A stretch of DNA of 62,072 nucleotides, filler included, from 5 parts of 5 records of this genome joined end to end with filler, not necessarily neighbours in it, one strand, 5' to 3'. Counted from the first letter of the whole stretch, positions 48,101-57,137 are shown. Notes: generated by a model from the sequence alone, not told the origin. A program made the numbers and translations.

Positions 48101-49831
48101 CACCTCTGGCACTACGGGCACTTCGTCAGCTTCGGCACCGGGCGCGCCTTCCTGCAGCGTTGCAGCGACGTGGGTGGTTTCGTCTTCCGCAAGTGTGTCG
48201 CGTCCGGTTTCGTCCCTGTCAGTGTCAGTGTCAGTGTCAATGTCAGTGTCAGATGCCCCGACAACGGCCAGCGCCGGGCCGGAGGGCTGGCTGCCATGCT
48301 CCGGCACGGCATCCGCGGTCCGGCAAACACCGAAGCCGCGATAGCCTTCGAATTTCCGGTTCCGGTCAAAGGCGGGCAGGGCGGCCATGTCGACAGGTAC
48401 ACGCAGGTCCGCACCGGAGACCGGCCAGTCGATTGTCTTTCCGCTCCAGGTGTCGCGTCGGTCGAGTGCCCGCGCAATATGGCCACGGGGATCGAGAACG
48501 AAAGCGTCGGACACTTCCTTCCAGGTCAGACCGATAATGTCGGTTGAAGAAGGGCCAAGAACTTCCGCAAACTCGTCGGACAGAAAGGTGAAGCGCTGGT
48601 CGATGTCCATCTTCCAGGCAAAGCGCACAGGTCTGCGCCGTGGCTGAAAGACAAAGCCGTCCCCACCTTCCATTGCAGCGTCATCAGAGGTGTCTTCGTC
48701 CACGACTTTGGCGGTCGTTTCCTCAAGGACACTTTCCTCGAGGCCGAGTTCTTCGAGGCCGTCGTCCTCTTCAGCATCGGCCGAGACGTCTTCTGCCGTC
48801 TCGCCGTCGTCGTCTTCCAGGTCGGACAACGCGGCTTCAAGGTCCGCCTCTCCGGCATCCATCGGGGAGATGTCGTCTGAGGTGACAACACCAGCAGCAA
48901 TGGATTGCTCACTGGCAGCCAGGTCGTCGAGGTCTTCCTCAACAGGTTCTTCAACGGGTGGGGCAGGGGCGGCCTGCGTTGCGGCCATGTCGTCAGCGGT
49001 TTCAAACTCGTCTTCGTCGGCCCGTACCCAACCGGCGTCGTCCTCACCGATCTGGGAAACTGTTTCCTCGTCCGCGGACGAAGTGTCAGCGGCAACTGCA
49101 GCTCCGGCGGCAACGCCTGCGGCCAGCAGCCCGGCTTCAATTGCTGAGGCGTCCGCTTCTTGCGCGCTTTCAGAGCTGTCTTCCCCGGCTTCAGTGCCGG
49201 GATCCGCCAGAGGCAGGTTTTCCAGGACCACCAGCTTCTGGCGGTCCGTCACCTTCAGAACAACGCCCTCATGAAAGTCACCATCGAGTTCCAGAGGACC
49301 GAAAAGCGCCGTCTGCCCGTCCGGCAGGTCAAGGTCTTCCGGCGTTCCCTTCAGTTCGCCAAAGCAGCCTTCCACCGAACCGGCATCCGTCACGAACACG
49401 GTGGCATCATCGGCACGCAGTATCTGTGCAAAAGCCGGCACCGGGTCCTTCGTCATGGACAGACCCTTGTCACCGCACACAATCAAGGCAGCGGCTTCAC
49501 CGTTTTCCAGCTCGATACGCATGCACTGACAGGTCAGCAGCATGACCCTGAGACCCCGGTAAAACCGCAGCCGGTCGATGCTGAACTTGTCTGTAGGGCC
49601 GGATTCGGCGATGCGGGCGATATGCGGACGGGCGGGTGAGCGCTCGAGCGACGTCAGGTTGGCCAGGTCGGCTACGGACTGTGCGGAGAAAAAGGAAGCA
49701 CCGGCAGCATTCGCCCATAGAATACGCGCCCCGTCGGCCGACCAGAGCCAGGCTGCCCTTTTGTCGGCGACAAGCTGAACCAGATCATCCATGGCAGTCA
49801 GTTCCAGGAATGATAGGGTTTGTTCGTCCAT
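45128..49831 (-). CDS. PAS-domain histidine kinase, PdhS/CbrA (PleC-DivJ homologue) type, with long acidic linkers
   Basis: AWLWSADGARILWANAAG, RFAW..D, PVDMAALPAFDRNR.FEGYRGFG, H-box FLAKISHEIRTPLNAIIGFSE, NLLSNAIK, GTGLGLP. Confidence 0.9.
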   Translation of the reverse strand: MDEQTLSFLELTAMDDLVQLVADKRAAWLWSADGARILWANAAGASFFSAQSVADLANLTSLERSPARPHIARIAESGPTDKFSIDRLRFYRGLRVMLLTCQCMRIELENGEAAALIVCGDKGLSMTKDPVPAFAQILRADDATVFVTDAGSVEGCFGELKGTPEDLDLPDGQTALFGPLELDGDFHEGVVLKVTDRQKLVVLENLPLADPGTEAGEDSSESAQEADASAIEAGLLAAGVAAGAAVAADTSSADEETVSQIGEDDAGWVRADEDEFETADDMAATQAAPAPPVEEPVEEDLDDLAASEQSIAAGVVTSDDISPMDAGEADLEAALSDLEDDDGETAEDVSADAEEDDGLEELGLEESVLEETTAKVVDEDTSDDAAMEGGDGFVFQPRRRPVRFAWKMDIDQRFTFLSDEFAEVLGPSSTDIIGLTWKEVSDAFVLDPRGHIARALDRRDTWSGKTIDWPVSGADLRVPVDMAALPAFDRNRKFEGYRGFGVCRTADAVPEHGSQPSGPALAVVGASDTDIDTDTDTDRDETGRDTLAEDETTHVAATLQEGAPGAEADEVPVVPEVEDDIATAVDDNGHENVRSETGDETTDTSTGQAGTDEAGSPDAAEQQATAEAAAKLAELKPAKPDSFAGKTFLGASAAALVGSLAKFTGKAPQRPADPPVKADEPAKADTRHIETDTSPEDVAPDAVKDFDDLPGAALDSKFKALESGLQDAPEDEDLPEESDLPETAEDKPVSGSDETVPEDSESAEDTGTATDETDDVAEAVVDDANAVAEDEDPEDEVSDTASEDTAIDDYEDEADADSETDAESDELTGDETGDTTTAVAVPTPASAEPTGISGPAALKPAEIESAVKSLAKAYKEAEKKSRDLFEEEEDPTAPEDDDMSSTAVATAGSDEDQQTGTDEASAGDEDLFEPEPAFEDSHFDLVEEEDREIEAVAASLETDDAAEEREFFEETAAFESEDKAAETADADEPAEPKPTGQVIPLATVKPRVVPVDTSGLSRPERQAFRKIAEALGARLEGDLEDFDAPDPVEPVEELPPEVPEAGPIDPSLLDRLPIGIAIAHDREVLYANKALLSMLGYKSITALSEAGGLEALFIDDAEELPDAEGMDGEVDETMKMRLSDGGVLNVDAHMHSVPWNGTRGLMISITERKAKPAPATAAPSSPNFFAEVRSELDSARNQIAEMDTILETATDGVLVLDQNGTILKVNGSAEALFSANRSDMIGAPFTDFLAPESHRAAADYLDGLSRNGVASILNDGREVLGKVPTGGLIPLFMTIGRISGNKDDVKYCAVLRDITQWKTAEEELTQAKRQAENASSQKSDFLAKISHEIRTPLNAIIGFSEVMMEERFGPIGNDRYKDYLKDIRTSGSHIMSLINDLLDLSKIEAGKLDLKFSAVSTNDVINECVALMQPQANRERVIIRASLPESVPDVVADPRSLRQIVLNLLSNAIKYNKSGGQVILSTALESNGEVALRVRDTGTGMTAKQLAAALEPFRQLHTSSRGGGTGLGLPLTKALVEANRASFHIDSTPDQGTLVEIIFPTQRVLSE
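48217..48252. repeat. In-frame hexanucleotide tandem repeat (TGTCAG x6, one variant unit)
   Basis: Encodes DTDIDTDTDTD inside the kinase linker. Confidence 0.9.
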
Positions 49832-49898
49832 GGCTCTGCTCCAAACTGGTCTGCAACACCGGTTGACGGGTGCGTGGCGGCCGGATTTGCCCAAAGTG

Positions 49899-49914
49899 GT
49901 AAACACTCCGTTAA
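49899..49914 (-). promoter_or_regulatory. CtrA-like box upstream of the PdhS-like kinase
   Basis: Minus strand reads TTAA-cggagtg-TTTAC. Confidence 0.55.
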
Positions 49915-50092
49915 TACAAGCAATCTCCAACACAGTCCACGTAAAGCAAGGTTGCTAAAGGGGTTACATGAAGGCGTGGTTAATCCGACCGGACAAGTTT
50001 GCCGGAATGCCATCGTCGTGTTACGAATTTTTGGCATGGAAGGATTTCAGGATACCCGCCTGACATCTTTCGTCGACCTGAGGAGCGCCGAC

Positions 50093-50479
50093 ATGAGCAC
50101 AGACAAGACCGGTTTTGAAATTCCCGACCAGATGCGCGATTTCGCGGAAAAGAGCGTCGACCAGGCCCGCAAGGCCTTTGACGACTTCATGGGCGCGACC
50201 CACAAGGCTGTCAGCAATGCGGAAGACAGCGCGAATGCGGTTCAGGCCGGTGCTGCGGATGTAAACAAGAAGGCGCTGAACTATGCTGAAGAGCATGTCG
50301 ATGCGGCATTCAAGTTTGCGCAGGAACTGGTCAAGGCACAAAATGTCGAGGACATGATGAAGCTGCAGCAGGACTATCTGCGCCGGCAGATGGAATCCCT
50401 CGGCGAACAGGCGCGCGAGTTTTCCAACTCGGCGACGAAGGCCGTTCAGGACGCGGCCAAGGCCACCCAGAAAAAATAA
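50093..50479 (+). CDS. phaP: Phasin (PHA granule protein)
   Basis: FEIPDQMRDFAEKSVDQARKAF...LQQDYLRRQM; RBS GAGGAG. Confidence 0.9.
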   Translation: MSTDKTGFEIPDQMRDFAEKSVDQARKAFDDFMGATHKAVSNAEDSANAVQAGAADVNKKALNYAEEHVDAAFKFAQELVKAQNVEDMMKLQQDYLRRQMESLGEQAREFSNSATKAVQDAAKATQKK

Positions 50480-50704
50480 TCCGGCCGGCATTTTTCCTTG
50501 CGCAGGGCGCCAGAGCCCCGCGCAAGGTGTCACAAGTGTTTCATTGAATATTTCCTGCTTTGGTTGTAATGTTTTTCCGGTCCTGATTGCCTGTTTTCGT
50601 CTTCCCTTGTCCAGCCAATGGCTTACCGACAAAGGGCTGCAGTCCGCTCCGCTTTTTGCAGAACGGAACCGACGAAACACTAGAAATCCCCGACGGTAAG
50701 TTTG

Positions 50705-50746
50705 TTGTGCAGTGCAAAAAAATGTTGCAATGCAGCACGGCATGCA
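50705..50746. promoter_or_regulatory. Putative PhaR-binding TGC/GCA-rich sites
   Basis: TGCAGTGCA, TGCAATGCAGCA and GCATGCA clustered upstream of a phasin. Confidence 0.6.
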
Positions 50747-50845
50747 CTATGTAGTGTTTGCGGATGACGACAGGGTCCGCCGGCACACGTATCGGCGGAA
50801 TGAACTTGCACCAATGATCGCATCCGGACTCAAGGAGATGAGATC

Positions 50846-51364
50846 ATGACTGACACCACAACCACTGCTCCGGCAAAGCCGGCGCCGAAAGCTCGCACCA
50901 CCAAAGCCAAAACCGCTGCTGCTGGTGTAGCTTTCCCTGACTTTGAGGCTTTTGCTATGCCGAAAATGGAAGTTCCGGCCATGTTCCGTGAAGCAACCGA
51001 AAAAGGCATCGAGAACGCTCGCGAAGCCTATGCAAAAGTGAAAAACGCTGCTGAAGACGCAACCGACCTGATGGAAGACACTTTCGAGACTTCCCGCCAG
51101 GGCGTTGTCGAATTCAACCACAAGGCCGTTGATGCTGCCAAAGCCAACGCCGACGCAACTTTCACTTTCGTGAAGGACATCATGTCTGCGAAGAGCCTGG
51201 CTGAAGCTATCGAGCTGCAGTCCACGTTTGCTCGCCAGCAGTTTGACGCTCTGAGCGCCCAGTCCAAGGAAATGCACGAACTGGCTACCAAGCTCGGTAC
51301 CGACGTTTCCGCACCGGTCAAGGAAGCGTTCGAGAAGTCCTTCAAGGACATCAAGGTCAACTAA
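50846..51364 (+). CDS. phaP: Phasin (PHA granule protein)
   Basis: MEVPAMFREATEKGIENAREAYAK...AKSLAEAIELQSTFARQQF. Confidence 0.92.
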   Translation: MTDTTTTAPAKPAPKARTTKAKTAAAGVAFPDFEAFAMPKMEVPAMFREATEKGIENAREAYAKVKNAAEDATDLMEDTFETSRQGVVEFNHKAVDAAKANADATFTFVKDIMSAKSLAEAIELQSTFARQQFDALSAQSKEMHELATKLGTDVSAPVKEAFEKSFKDIKVN

Positions 51365-51440
51365 TCCGGCGTCCGGCCGTCCGCAGTCACCTGATTGCGG
51401 TTCGGCAGGGCCATGCCGATGACATCGGCAAACGGTTGTT

Positions 51441-51473
51441 ATGCCCGGGGCAACGCTCCGGGCATTTGCTTTT
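51441..51473 (+). terminator. Intrinsic terminator after phasin
   Basis: ATGCCCGG...CCGGGCAT followed by TTGCTTTT. Confidence 0.65.
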
Positions 51474-51590
51474 CAACAGCTCGAAAATTTCCGCAAATTC
51501 CCGCTTGCGGGTTGGAAAAAACGAGTTTAGAAGACGCCCTTGCAAATGGCGGCACGGGTCAGTATGGTCCGCGTCACCTCACGCCTTTAA

Positions 51591-51667
51591 GCAGACGTAG
51601 CTCAGTTGGTTAGAGCGTCGGATTGTGGCTCCGAAGGTCGGTGGTTCGAATCCACTCGTCTGTACCA
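51591..51667 (+). tRNA. tRNA-His (GUG)
   Basis: Full cloverleaf: acceptor GCAGACG/CGTCTGT, anticodon arm TCGGA-TT-GTG-GC-TCCGA, TTCGAAT loop, encoded CCA. Confidence 0.97.
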
Positions 51668-52018
51668 TTTCCCTCTTCATTCGTTTTGAAACTGAATATG
51701 GTCCCACGCAGGGCTCCCTTGCGGCTGGCGACATGATTTTCTGTGTTGGGTATGCGGCAGCCGGATTGTCCGAAGCTGTTGAGACATAATCCTTCACCAT
51801 CAAATTCAGAACCGCCGGCAGAAAGACTGTAACCGGGGCGGCAATCCCTGTTGTCCGCAAGCCGATCTCCAATGGCGCATACAGGCTGTCCCTGACCTTC
51901 AGCGACGGGTTCTCGGATTTGACAACAAGAAACGGATAGTTCGGCTCGGCCCGTTCATGACACCTGTCGCTCGGACCCTGGCTTTTGCCGGGTCCAATGA
52001 CAGACAGGAGAAAACGTC

Positions 52019-52777
52019 ATGGAACTCGAAAACAAGTCGATCATCATCACCGGGGCAAGCAGCGGGATCGGGGCTGCAGCAGCGAGCCTTTTTGCGGCCG
52101 AAGGAGCGAACGTCATCCTCGGTGCCAGGCGTACCGCGGAACTTGAGGCTGTTGCGTCCAAAATCCGTGAAGCCGGCGGCACCGCCGTTTTCCTGGAGGG
52201 GGACGTCAAGGACGAAGGTTATGCCGCGGCACTGGTCGACCTTGCCCTGAAGGAGTTCGGGCGACTGGACGGTGCCTTCAACAATGCAGGCATTGTCGGG
52301 GCCATGGAGCCGGTTCCGGACATGGGTATCGGCAACTGGAACGAGGTCCTGACTGTCAATTTGACAGCGGCGTTTCTGGCTGCAAAAGCGCAGATACCGG
52401 TCATGAAGAAAACCGGCGGTGGCTCGATCGTCTTCACATCGTCATTTGTTGGTTTCAGCAACGCGGGCATGCCTGGCATGGGCGCTTACGCGGCTTCCAA
52501 GGCCGGTCTCAACGGCTTGGTGCAATCACTTGCCTCCGACCACGCCGCGGAGGGTATTCGGGCTCATGCCTTGATGCCGGGTGGCACAATTACACCGGCC
52601 GGTGGCGAAGGAAATCCGGACGTCTTGGCGTTCATTGCAGGTTTGCACCCCATGAAACGCATGGCGGACGCAAGGGAGATCGCACAGGCTGCGCTTTTCC
52701 TGCTGTCCGACCGCGCAAGTTTCATGACGGGCAGCCCGACGATTGTCGATGGCGGCATGTCCATTCGGCTGACCTGA
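52019..52777 (+). CDS. Short-chain dehydrogenase/reductase
   Basis: TGASSGIG, FNNAG, YAASK. Confidence 0.93.
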   Translation: MELENKSIIITGASSGIGAAAASLFAAEGANVILGARRTAELEAVASKIREAGGTAVFLEGDVKDEGYAAALVDLALKEFGRLDGAFNNAGIVGAMEPVPDMGIGNWNEVLTVNLTAAFLAAKAQIPVMKKTGGGSIVFTSSFVGFSNAGMPGMGAYAASKAGLNGLVQSLASDHAAEGIRAHALMPGGTITPAGGEGNPDVLAFIAGLHPMKRMADAREIAQAALFLLSDRASFMTGSPTIVDGGMSIRLT

Positions 52778-53031
52778 CCGGACGCTTTGTCACAAGGCGG
52801 AGCGCCGCCTTGTGGCAAATCCCGGACCGCCTGTTTCAGGCAACAGCGCCTTTTCAACAGACTTGAACGGAGCCTCCGCTCCGTCCCTTGCCTTGAAATT
52901 CAAATATGCCAGCAGCTCGGAAAACGGGTCGCTGAAGGTCCCGATTTGAAGGTAAGGACCGGAGTGCACGGTCGAGAAACCGGTGACAGGATTGGCGAAG
53001 TTGACGACAACAATTTCGGGAAGACGCACCA

Positions 53032-54108
53032 ATGGAAGCCTTGAACGACAATCAGACCAAGCTGCCTCTGGCAGAGGACCCTCGATGGGCGCGCATAGCA
53101 GCCCGTGACAAGACCGCAGACGGCCAGTTCTGGTATTCGGTGTCGACAACCGGTGTCTATTGTCGCCCGTCGTGCCCTTCGCGCCTGGCCAATCCGAAAA
53201 ACGTAGAGCTTCACACCACGCTCGAAAGTGCCCGGGCGACCGGTTTCAGGGCGTGCAAGCGCTGCAAGCCGGAAGGCTTGCCTGCCGGTGCCGAGAATGT
53301 AGCTATTGTCGCAAAGGCCTGCCGCATCATTGAAGGCAGCGAAGAAGAGCCTTCACTGGATGATCTTGCTCGCTCCGTCGGTCGTAGCCCCAGCTACTTT
53401 CACCGGGTGTTCAAGGCGACAACCGGGCTCACGCCAAAAGACTATGCGTCAGCGCATCGGGCCAACAAGGTCCGTGATGGACTTGGTTCCGGCATAACGG
53501 TGACCGAGGCAATCTATGACGCAGGCTTCAATTCCAGCGGACGGTTCTATGAAAAATCCACCGGGATGCTGGGTATGACACCCACGCAATACCGTGCCGG
53601 CGGAGCCGACGAGGAGATCAGGTTCGCGGTTGGCCAGACGACGCTTGGTGCCATTCTGGTCGCGTCCAGCAAGAAAGGCGTTGTATCGATTCTTCTCGGA
53701 AGTGACCCGGGGGATTTGGTCCGGGATCTGCAGGACCGGTTTCCCAAGGCAACACTGCTTGGGGCGGATCGCGACTATGAAGGTCTGGTGGCCCGGGTGG
53801 TGGGCTTCGTCGAATGTCCAAAGATCGGTCTTGACCTGCCTTTGGATGTCCGCGGAACCGTCTTTCAACAACGGGTATGGCAAGCTCTTCAGGAAATCCC
53901 TGCCGGAGAAACGGTCTCCTATGCCGAGATTGCCCGGCGTATCAAGGCACCCAAGGCATCACGGGTTGTTGCCCGGGCTTGTGCTGCCAACAAGCTCGCA
54001 GTGGCAATCCCCTGCCACCGTGTGGTTCGAACCAGCGGTGCACTTTCCGGCTACGCATGGGGTGTGGAGCGCAAGCGCGATCTCATCGAGAGGGAGAAAC
54101 GGGCATGA
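53032..54108 (+). CDS. ada: Bifunctional regulator / O6-methylguanine methyltransferase Ada
   Basis: TTGVYCRPSC...FRACKRC Zn site, AraC HTH, GTVFQQRVW, IPCHRV. Confidence 0.95.
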   Translation: MEALNDNQTKLPLAEDPRWARIAARDKTADGQFWYSVSTTGVYCRPSCPSRLANPKNVELHTTLESARATGFRACKRCKPEGLPAGAENVAIVAKACRIIEGSEEEPSLDDLARSVGRSPSYFHRVFKATTGLTPKDYASAHRANKVRDGLGSGITVTEAIYDAGFNSSGRFYEKSTGMLGMTPTQYRAGGADEEIRFAVGQTTLGAILVASSKKGVVSILLGSDPGDLVRDLQDRFPKATLLGADRDYEGLVARVVGFVECPKIGLDLPLDVRGTVFQQRVWQALQEIPAGETVSYAEIARRIKAPKASRVVARACAANKLAVAIPCHRVVRTSGALSGYAWGVERKRDLIEREKRA

Positions 54109-54857
54109 GAAAGCTTACCGCCAACGAGGATCGTTCGGATGCTTTGGCGACCTCTTTAGAGGCTCGGGTTGCCGGATATGATTGGGCTGCTATCCACCAA
54201 GAGCTGAACGATTTCGGCTGTGCCAAGCTGCCTCAGCTCTTGTCGCCCGGGGAATGTCGTGCCCTTTCGTCGCTTTATGCCGAGGAAGAGCATTTCCGAA
54301 GCCATGTCGTCATGGCGCGGCACGGCTTCGGCAAGGGGGAATACCGTTATTTCGAATATCCGCTGCCGGATATTCTGGGTGGATTGCGGACCGCCCTTTA
54401 TCCCCGCTTCGCCGGTCTTGCCAACACGTGGAACGAGGCCATGGGCTTCGATCAACGATTTCCGGCTACTCACGACGCGTATCTGGAGCAATGCCACAAG
54501 GCGGGCCAGGTCCGGCCGACCCCTTTGTTGCTGCAGTATGGCGCAGGCGACTTCAACTGCCTTCACCAGGATCTGTACGGCGATCTGGTGTTTCCGATTC
54601 AGGTCGCGATTTTGCTATCGGAACCGGGCAAGGATTTCTCGGGTGGCGAGTTCTGCATGACCGAACAGCGCCCGCGCATGCAGAGCCGCGTTGAGGTTGT
54701 CAGCCTGCGCCAGGGGGATGCCGTGGCCTTTGCCGTTCACAACCGGCCTGTCCAGGGAACGAGAGGTAGTTACCGCGTGAACCTGCGCCACGGCGTGAGC
54801 CGCGTGCGCTCCGGCACGAGACACACCGCAGGGATCATCTTTCACGACGCGAAATAG
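54105..54857 (+). CDS. 2OG-Fe(II) oxygenase (DUF2086 type)
   Basis: RPTPLLL.Y..GD.NCLHQDLYG, GGEF, EQRPRMQSR, RHGVS, IIFHDA; ATGA overlap with ada. Confidence 0.88.
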   Translation: MRKLTANEDRSDALATSLEARVAGYDWAAIHQELNDFGCAKLPQLLSPGECRALSSLYAEEEHFRSHVVMARHGFGKGEYRYFEYPLPDILGGLRTALYPRFAGLANTWNEAMGFDQRFPATHDAYLEQCHKAGQVRPTPLLLQYGAGDFNCLHQDLYGDLVFPIQVAILLSEPGKDFSGGEFCMTEQRPRMQSRVEVVSLRQGDAVAFAVHNRPVQGTRGSYRVNLRHGVSRVRSGTRHTAGIIFHDAK

Positions 54858-54934
54858 ACACCTGCTCCGTGCTTGGCGAGCCGTCTTGAAGTTTGATGGT
54901 ACCCGGCAGCAGGTTGATAGCTGCCGAAGCGCGA

Positions 54935-55129
54935 TCATGTCTTCCTGAAAGACTTGATGAGCAGGACAATGGCGCTGCAGCCGAGAAGTACGCCGGCGAT
55001 GAAACACATCAATGGAGCCAGCAGGCCAAAGTCCGCCTTGAGCGCCTCGTAGTTCTGGTTGCCGTACTTGAAGAGGGCGGACGTCATCCAGAGGAACAAT
55101 ATTGCTGTGATCAGGCGGCCGTAGTTCAT
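54935..55129 (-). CDS. Small two-TM hypothetical membrane protein
   Basis: 64 aa, two hydrophobic segments, fills the intergenic gap. Confidence 0.55.
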   Translation of the reverse strand: MNYGRLITAILFLWMTSALFKYGNQNYEALKADFGLLAPLMCFIAGVLLGCSAIVLLIKSFRKT

Positions 55130-55378
55130 CCGTGCCCTATCGGTGTTTTGAATGGGAACGGAGTAACCCTTTTTCCGTTAAAGGTAGGTGTCGTTTCCCG
55201 GATAAAGTGTAGGCTGGGCTACAGGCGGAAGATACCAGGGGCGCTGATACGGTGAACGGATGGTCGGTTGGTTCTCCCAAGAAATCAGGTCTTTCTGACG
55301 GTTCACGGGCCGGGAGGCCGTTGTGTGTCATGCGGGACTCTGTCTGAATGAGAGCACCTGATCTCTAAGGAGCATGCA

Positions 55379-55867
55379 ATGTCCTATCACGATGCCCCCG
55401 GCCTTGGCCGCCGTCTGGTCCGTTTGCCCGGCCAGTTGCTTCTGGCGCTCGTGAATGCGACGGCGCTGCTTGTCATTGCAGCCTGCGTGCTTTCGCTCCT
55501 TGTATTAAACAGGGTCGATACAGCGGGCGAACGTATCGCCGGCAATGTGACAGAAGCCGCGCTCGCCCGGTTGCAGGTCTCTCCGGGCGAATTCAAGTCC
55601 CGGATCGAAGCGCTCGACGGCAAGATCTCCACGCTTGCTGCGCAACTCTCTGATCCCGACCTCAAGGATCATTGGGAAGTGGCGCAGCAACTGAAGGAAC
55701 TCAATCGGAACCTTGCCGACATCAGGCTGGCGGCCGTTGGTCTGAGCGCAGCCGGTCCGGAAATCACCGACACCGCTTTCGAACAGGCCGGCGACATGCT
55801 GACCAGTGCGCTCTACACCTTGCGGGGGTGCGAGACGGCGGTAGAGGACAGCGAGCCTTCGAGCTGA
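55379..55867 (+). CDS. Hypothetical membrane-anchored coiled-coil protein
   Basis: RBS AAGGAG, N-terminal TM segment, heptad-like region. Confidence 0.7.
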   Translation: MSYHDAPGLGRRLVRLPGQLLLALVNATALLVIAACVLSLLVLNRVDTAGERIAGNVTEAALARLQVSPGEFKSRIEALDGKISTLAAQLSDPDLKDHWEVAQQLKELNRNLADIRLAAVGLSAAGPEITDTAFEQAGDMLTSALYTLRGCETAVEDSEPSS

Positions 55868-55883
55868 GCATGTTTCTTTTCGC

Positions 55884-56189
55884 CTAGGCCTGAAACACAT
55901 CCGCCCATTCGGGGTGCTTGCGCCGCTGCGCATTCACATAAGGACACAGCGGCACGATCTTCACTTGCTTGCGACGGGCGTCATCAACAAGCCTTTCCAC
56001 CAGTGCCTTGCCAACCCCCATGCCACGCATGCTGTCCGGCACACCGGTGTGATCGGCAATGATCAGGTGTTCGTTGACAATGGAAAAGGTCAGTTCGGCC
56101 GGCTCGGTGATCCCGCCTACCTTCGCCACATAGCGGCCTTTGCTGCCATCCTGTTCCAGGGTGATGTCGGGGGAAGTTGTCTCTACCAT
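55884..56189 (-). CDS. GNAT N-acetyltransferase (YjdJ-like)
   Basis: IADHTGVP...RGMGVGKALV...KIVPLCPY; RBS AGGAG before ATG at 56189. Confidence 0.88.
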   Translation of the reverse strand: MVETTSPDITLEQDGSKGRYVAKVGGITEPAELTFSIVNEHLIIADHTGVPDSMRGMGVGKALVERLVDDARRKQVKIVPLCPYVNAQRRKHPEWADVFQA

Positions 56190-56304
56190 TGTCGGTCTCC
56201 TGAAGTGGATGAACGCAATTGCTCTGATCCTGAGTTCAATCTGGCTGTTCGTTTCCAGGGAAGTACATGGGGATGGGGCGGGAACAATCCCGCCCCAATT
56301 CGTG

Positions 56305-57009
56305 TCAGGCTGCCAGGTCGAACAGCAGGAATTCGGCATTCTCACTGGCTGTCAGCGAGATCGCGCCTGTCTGAAGCAGGCCGAGACCGTCGCCTGCGGA
56401 AAGCGGCTGGTCATTGACGCTGATCTTGCCTTTCACCAGTTGCAGCCAGACCTTCCTGCCGGGACGGATGTCGAAGGCCAGGCTGCGATCCGCGGACAGA
56501 AGCGACGCGTAGAGATCGACATCCTGGTGAATGGTAACGGATCCGTCCCGCCCGTCGCGCGATCCGATCAGGCGCAGCGCATCGCGGCGGCCGTCTTCCG
56601 GAAAGGCCTTCTGCTCGTAGCTTGGCGAGATTCCGTCAGCTTCCGGAACGATCCAGATCTGCAGGAAGTGGACCGGATCCGTGTCCGAGTGATTGTACTC
56701 GCTGTGGCGGACACCGGTGCCGGCGCTCATGCGCTGCAGTTCTCCCGGCCGGATGACGGAGCCCGTACCGAGCGAATCCTTGTGTTCCAGACCACCGGAA
56801 ACGACATAGGAGATGATCTCCATGTTCTGGTGCGGGTGGGTCGGGAAGCCGGCGCTGGGGGCAACACGGTCTTCGTTAATCACCCGCAGGGCACCGAAAC
56901 CGATGTGGTTCGGGTCAAAATAGGACCCGAAGGAGAAAGTGTGCTTGCTCTTCAACCAGCCGAAATCGGCATCGCCGCGAGCATCCGAAGGACGGAGTAT
57001 CTGGTTCAT
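56305..57009 (-). CDS. Pirin family protein (YhhW-like)
   Basis: GWL.SKHTFSF, LRVINED, THPHQNMEI, MSAGTGVRHSE, LQIW. Confidence 0.94.
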   Translation of the reverse strand: MNQILRPSDARGDADFGWLKSKHTFSFGSYFDPNHIGFGALRVINEDRVAPSAGFPTHPHQNMEIISYVVSGGLEHKDSLGTGSVIRPGELQRMSAGTGVRHSEYNHSDTDPVHFLQIWIVPEADGISPSYEQKAFPEDGRRDALRLIGSRDGRDGSVTIHQDVDLYASLLSADRSLAFDIRPGRKVWLQLVKGKISVNDQPLSAGDGLGLLQTGAISLTASENAEFLLFDLAA

Positions 57010-57137
57010 GGTTCAATCCTTTCCCAATCTCTGGCACGGGAATGTCCGTGCGCTGTTGGACCTAAGATTGCCATTGCGGGATTGTTTTACAATTCTGCCA
57101 AATCTGGACAATTAGTCATCGATTTTTGAACAATTCC

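Noticed and set aside
51668-52018. Possible pseudogene or small ORF after tRNA-His (51579-51872 minus)
   Set aside because: It overlaps the tRNA, has no recognisable motif and no supporting RBS.
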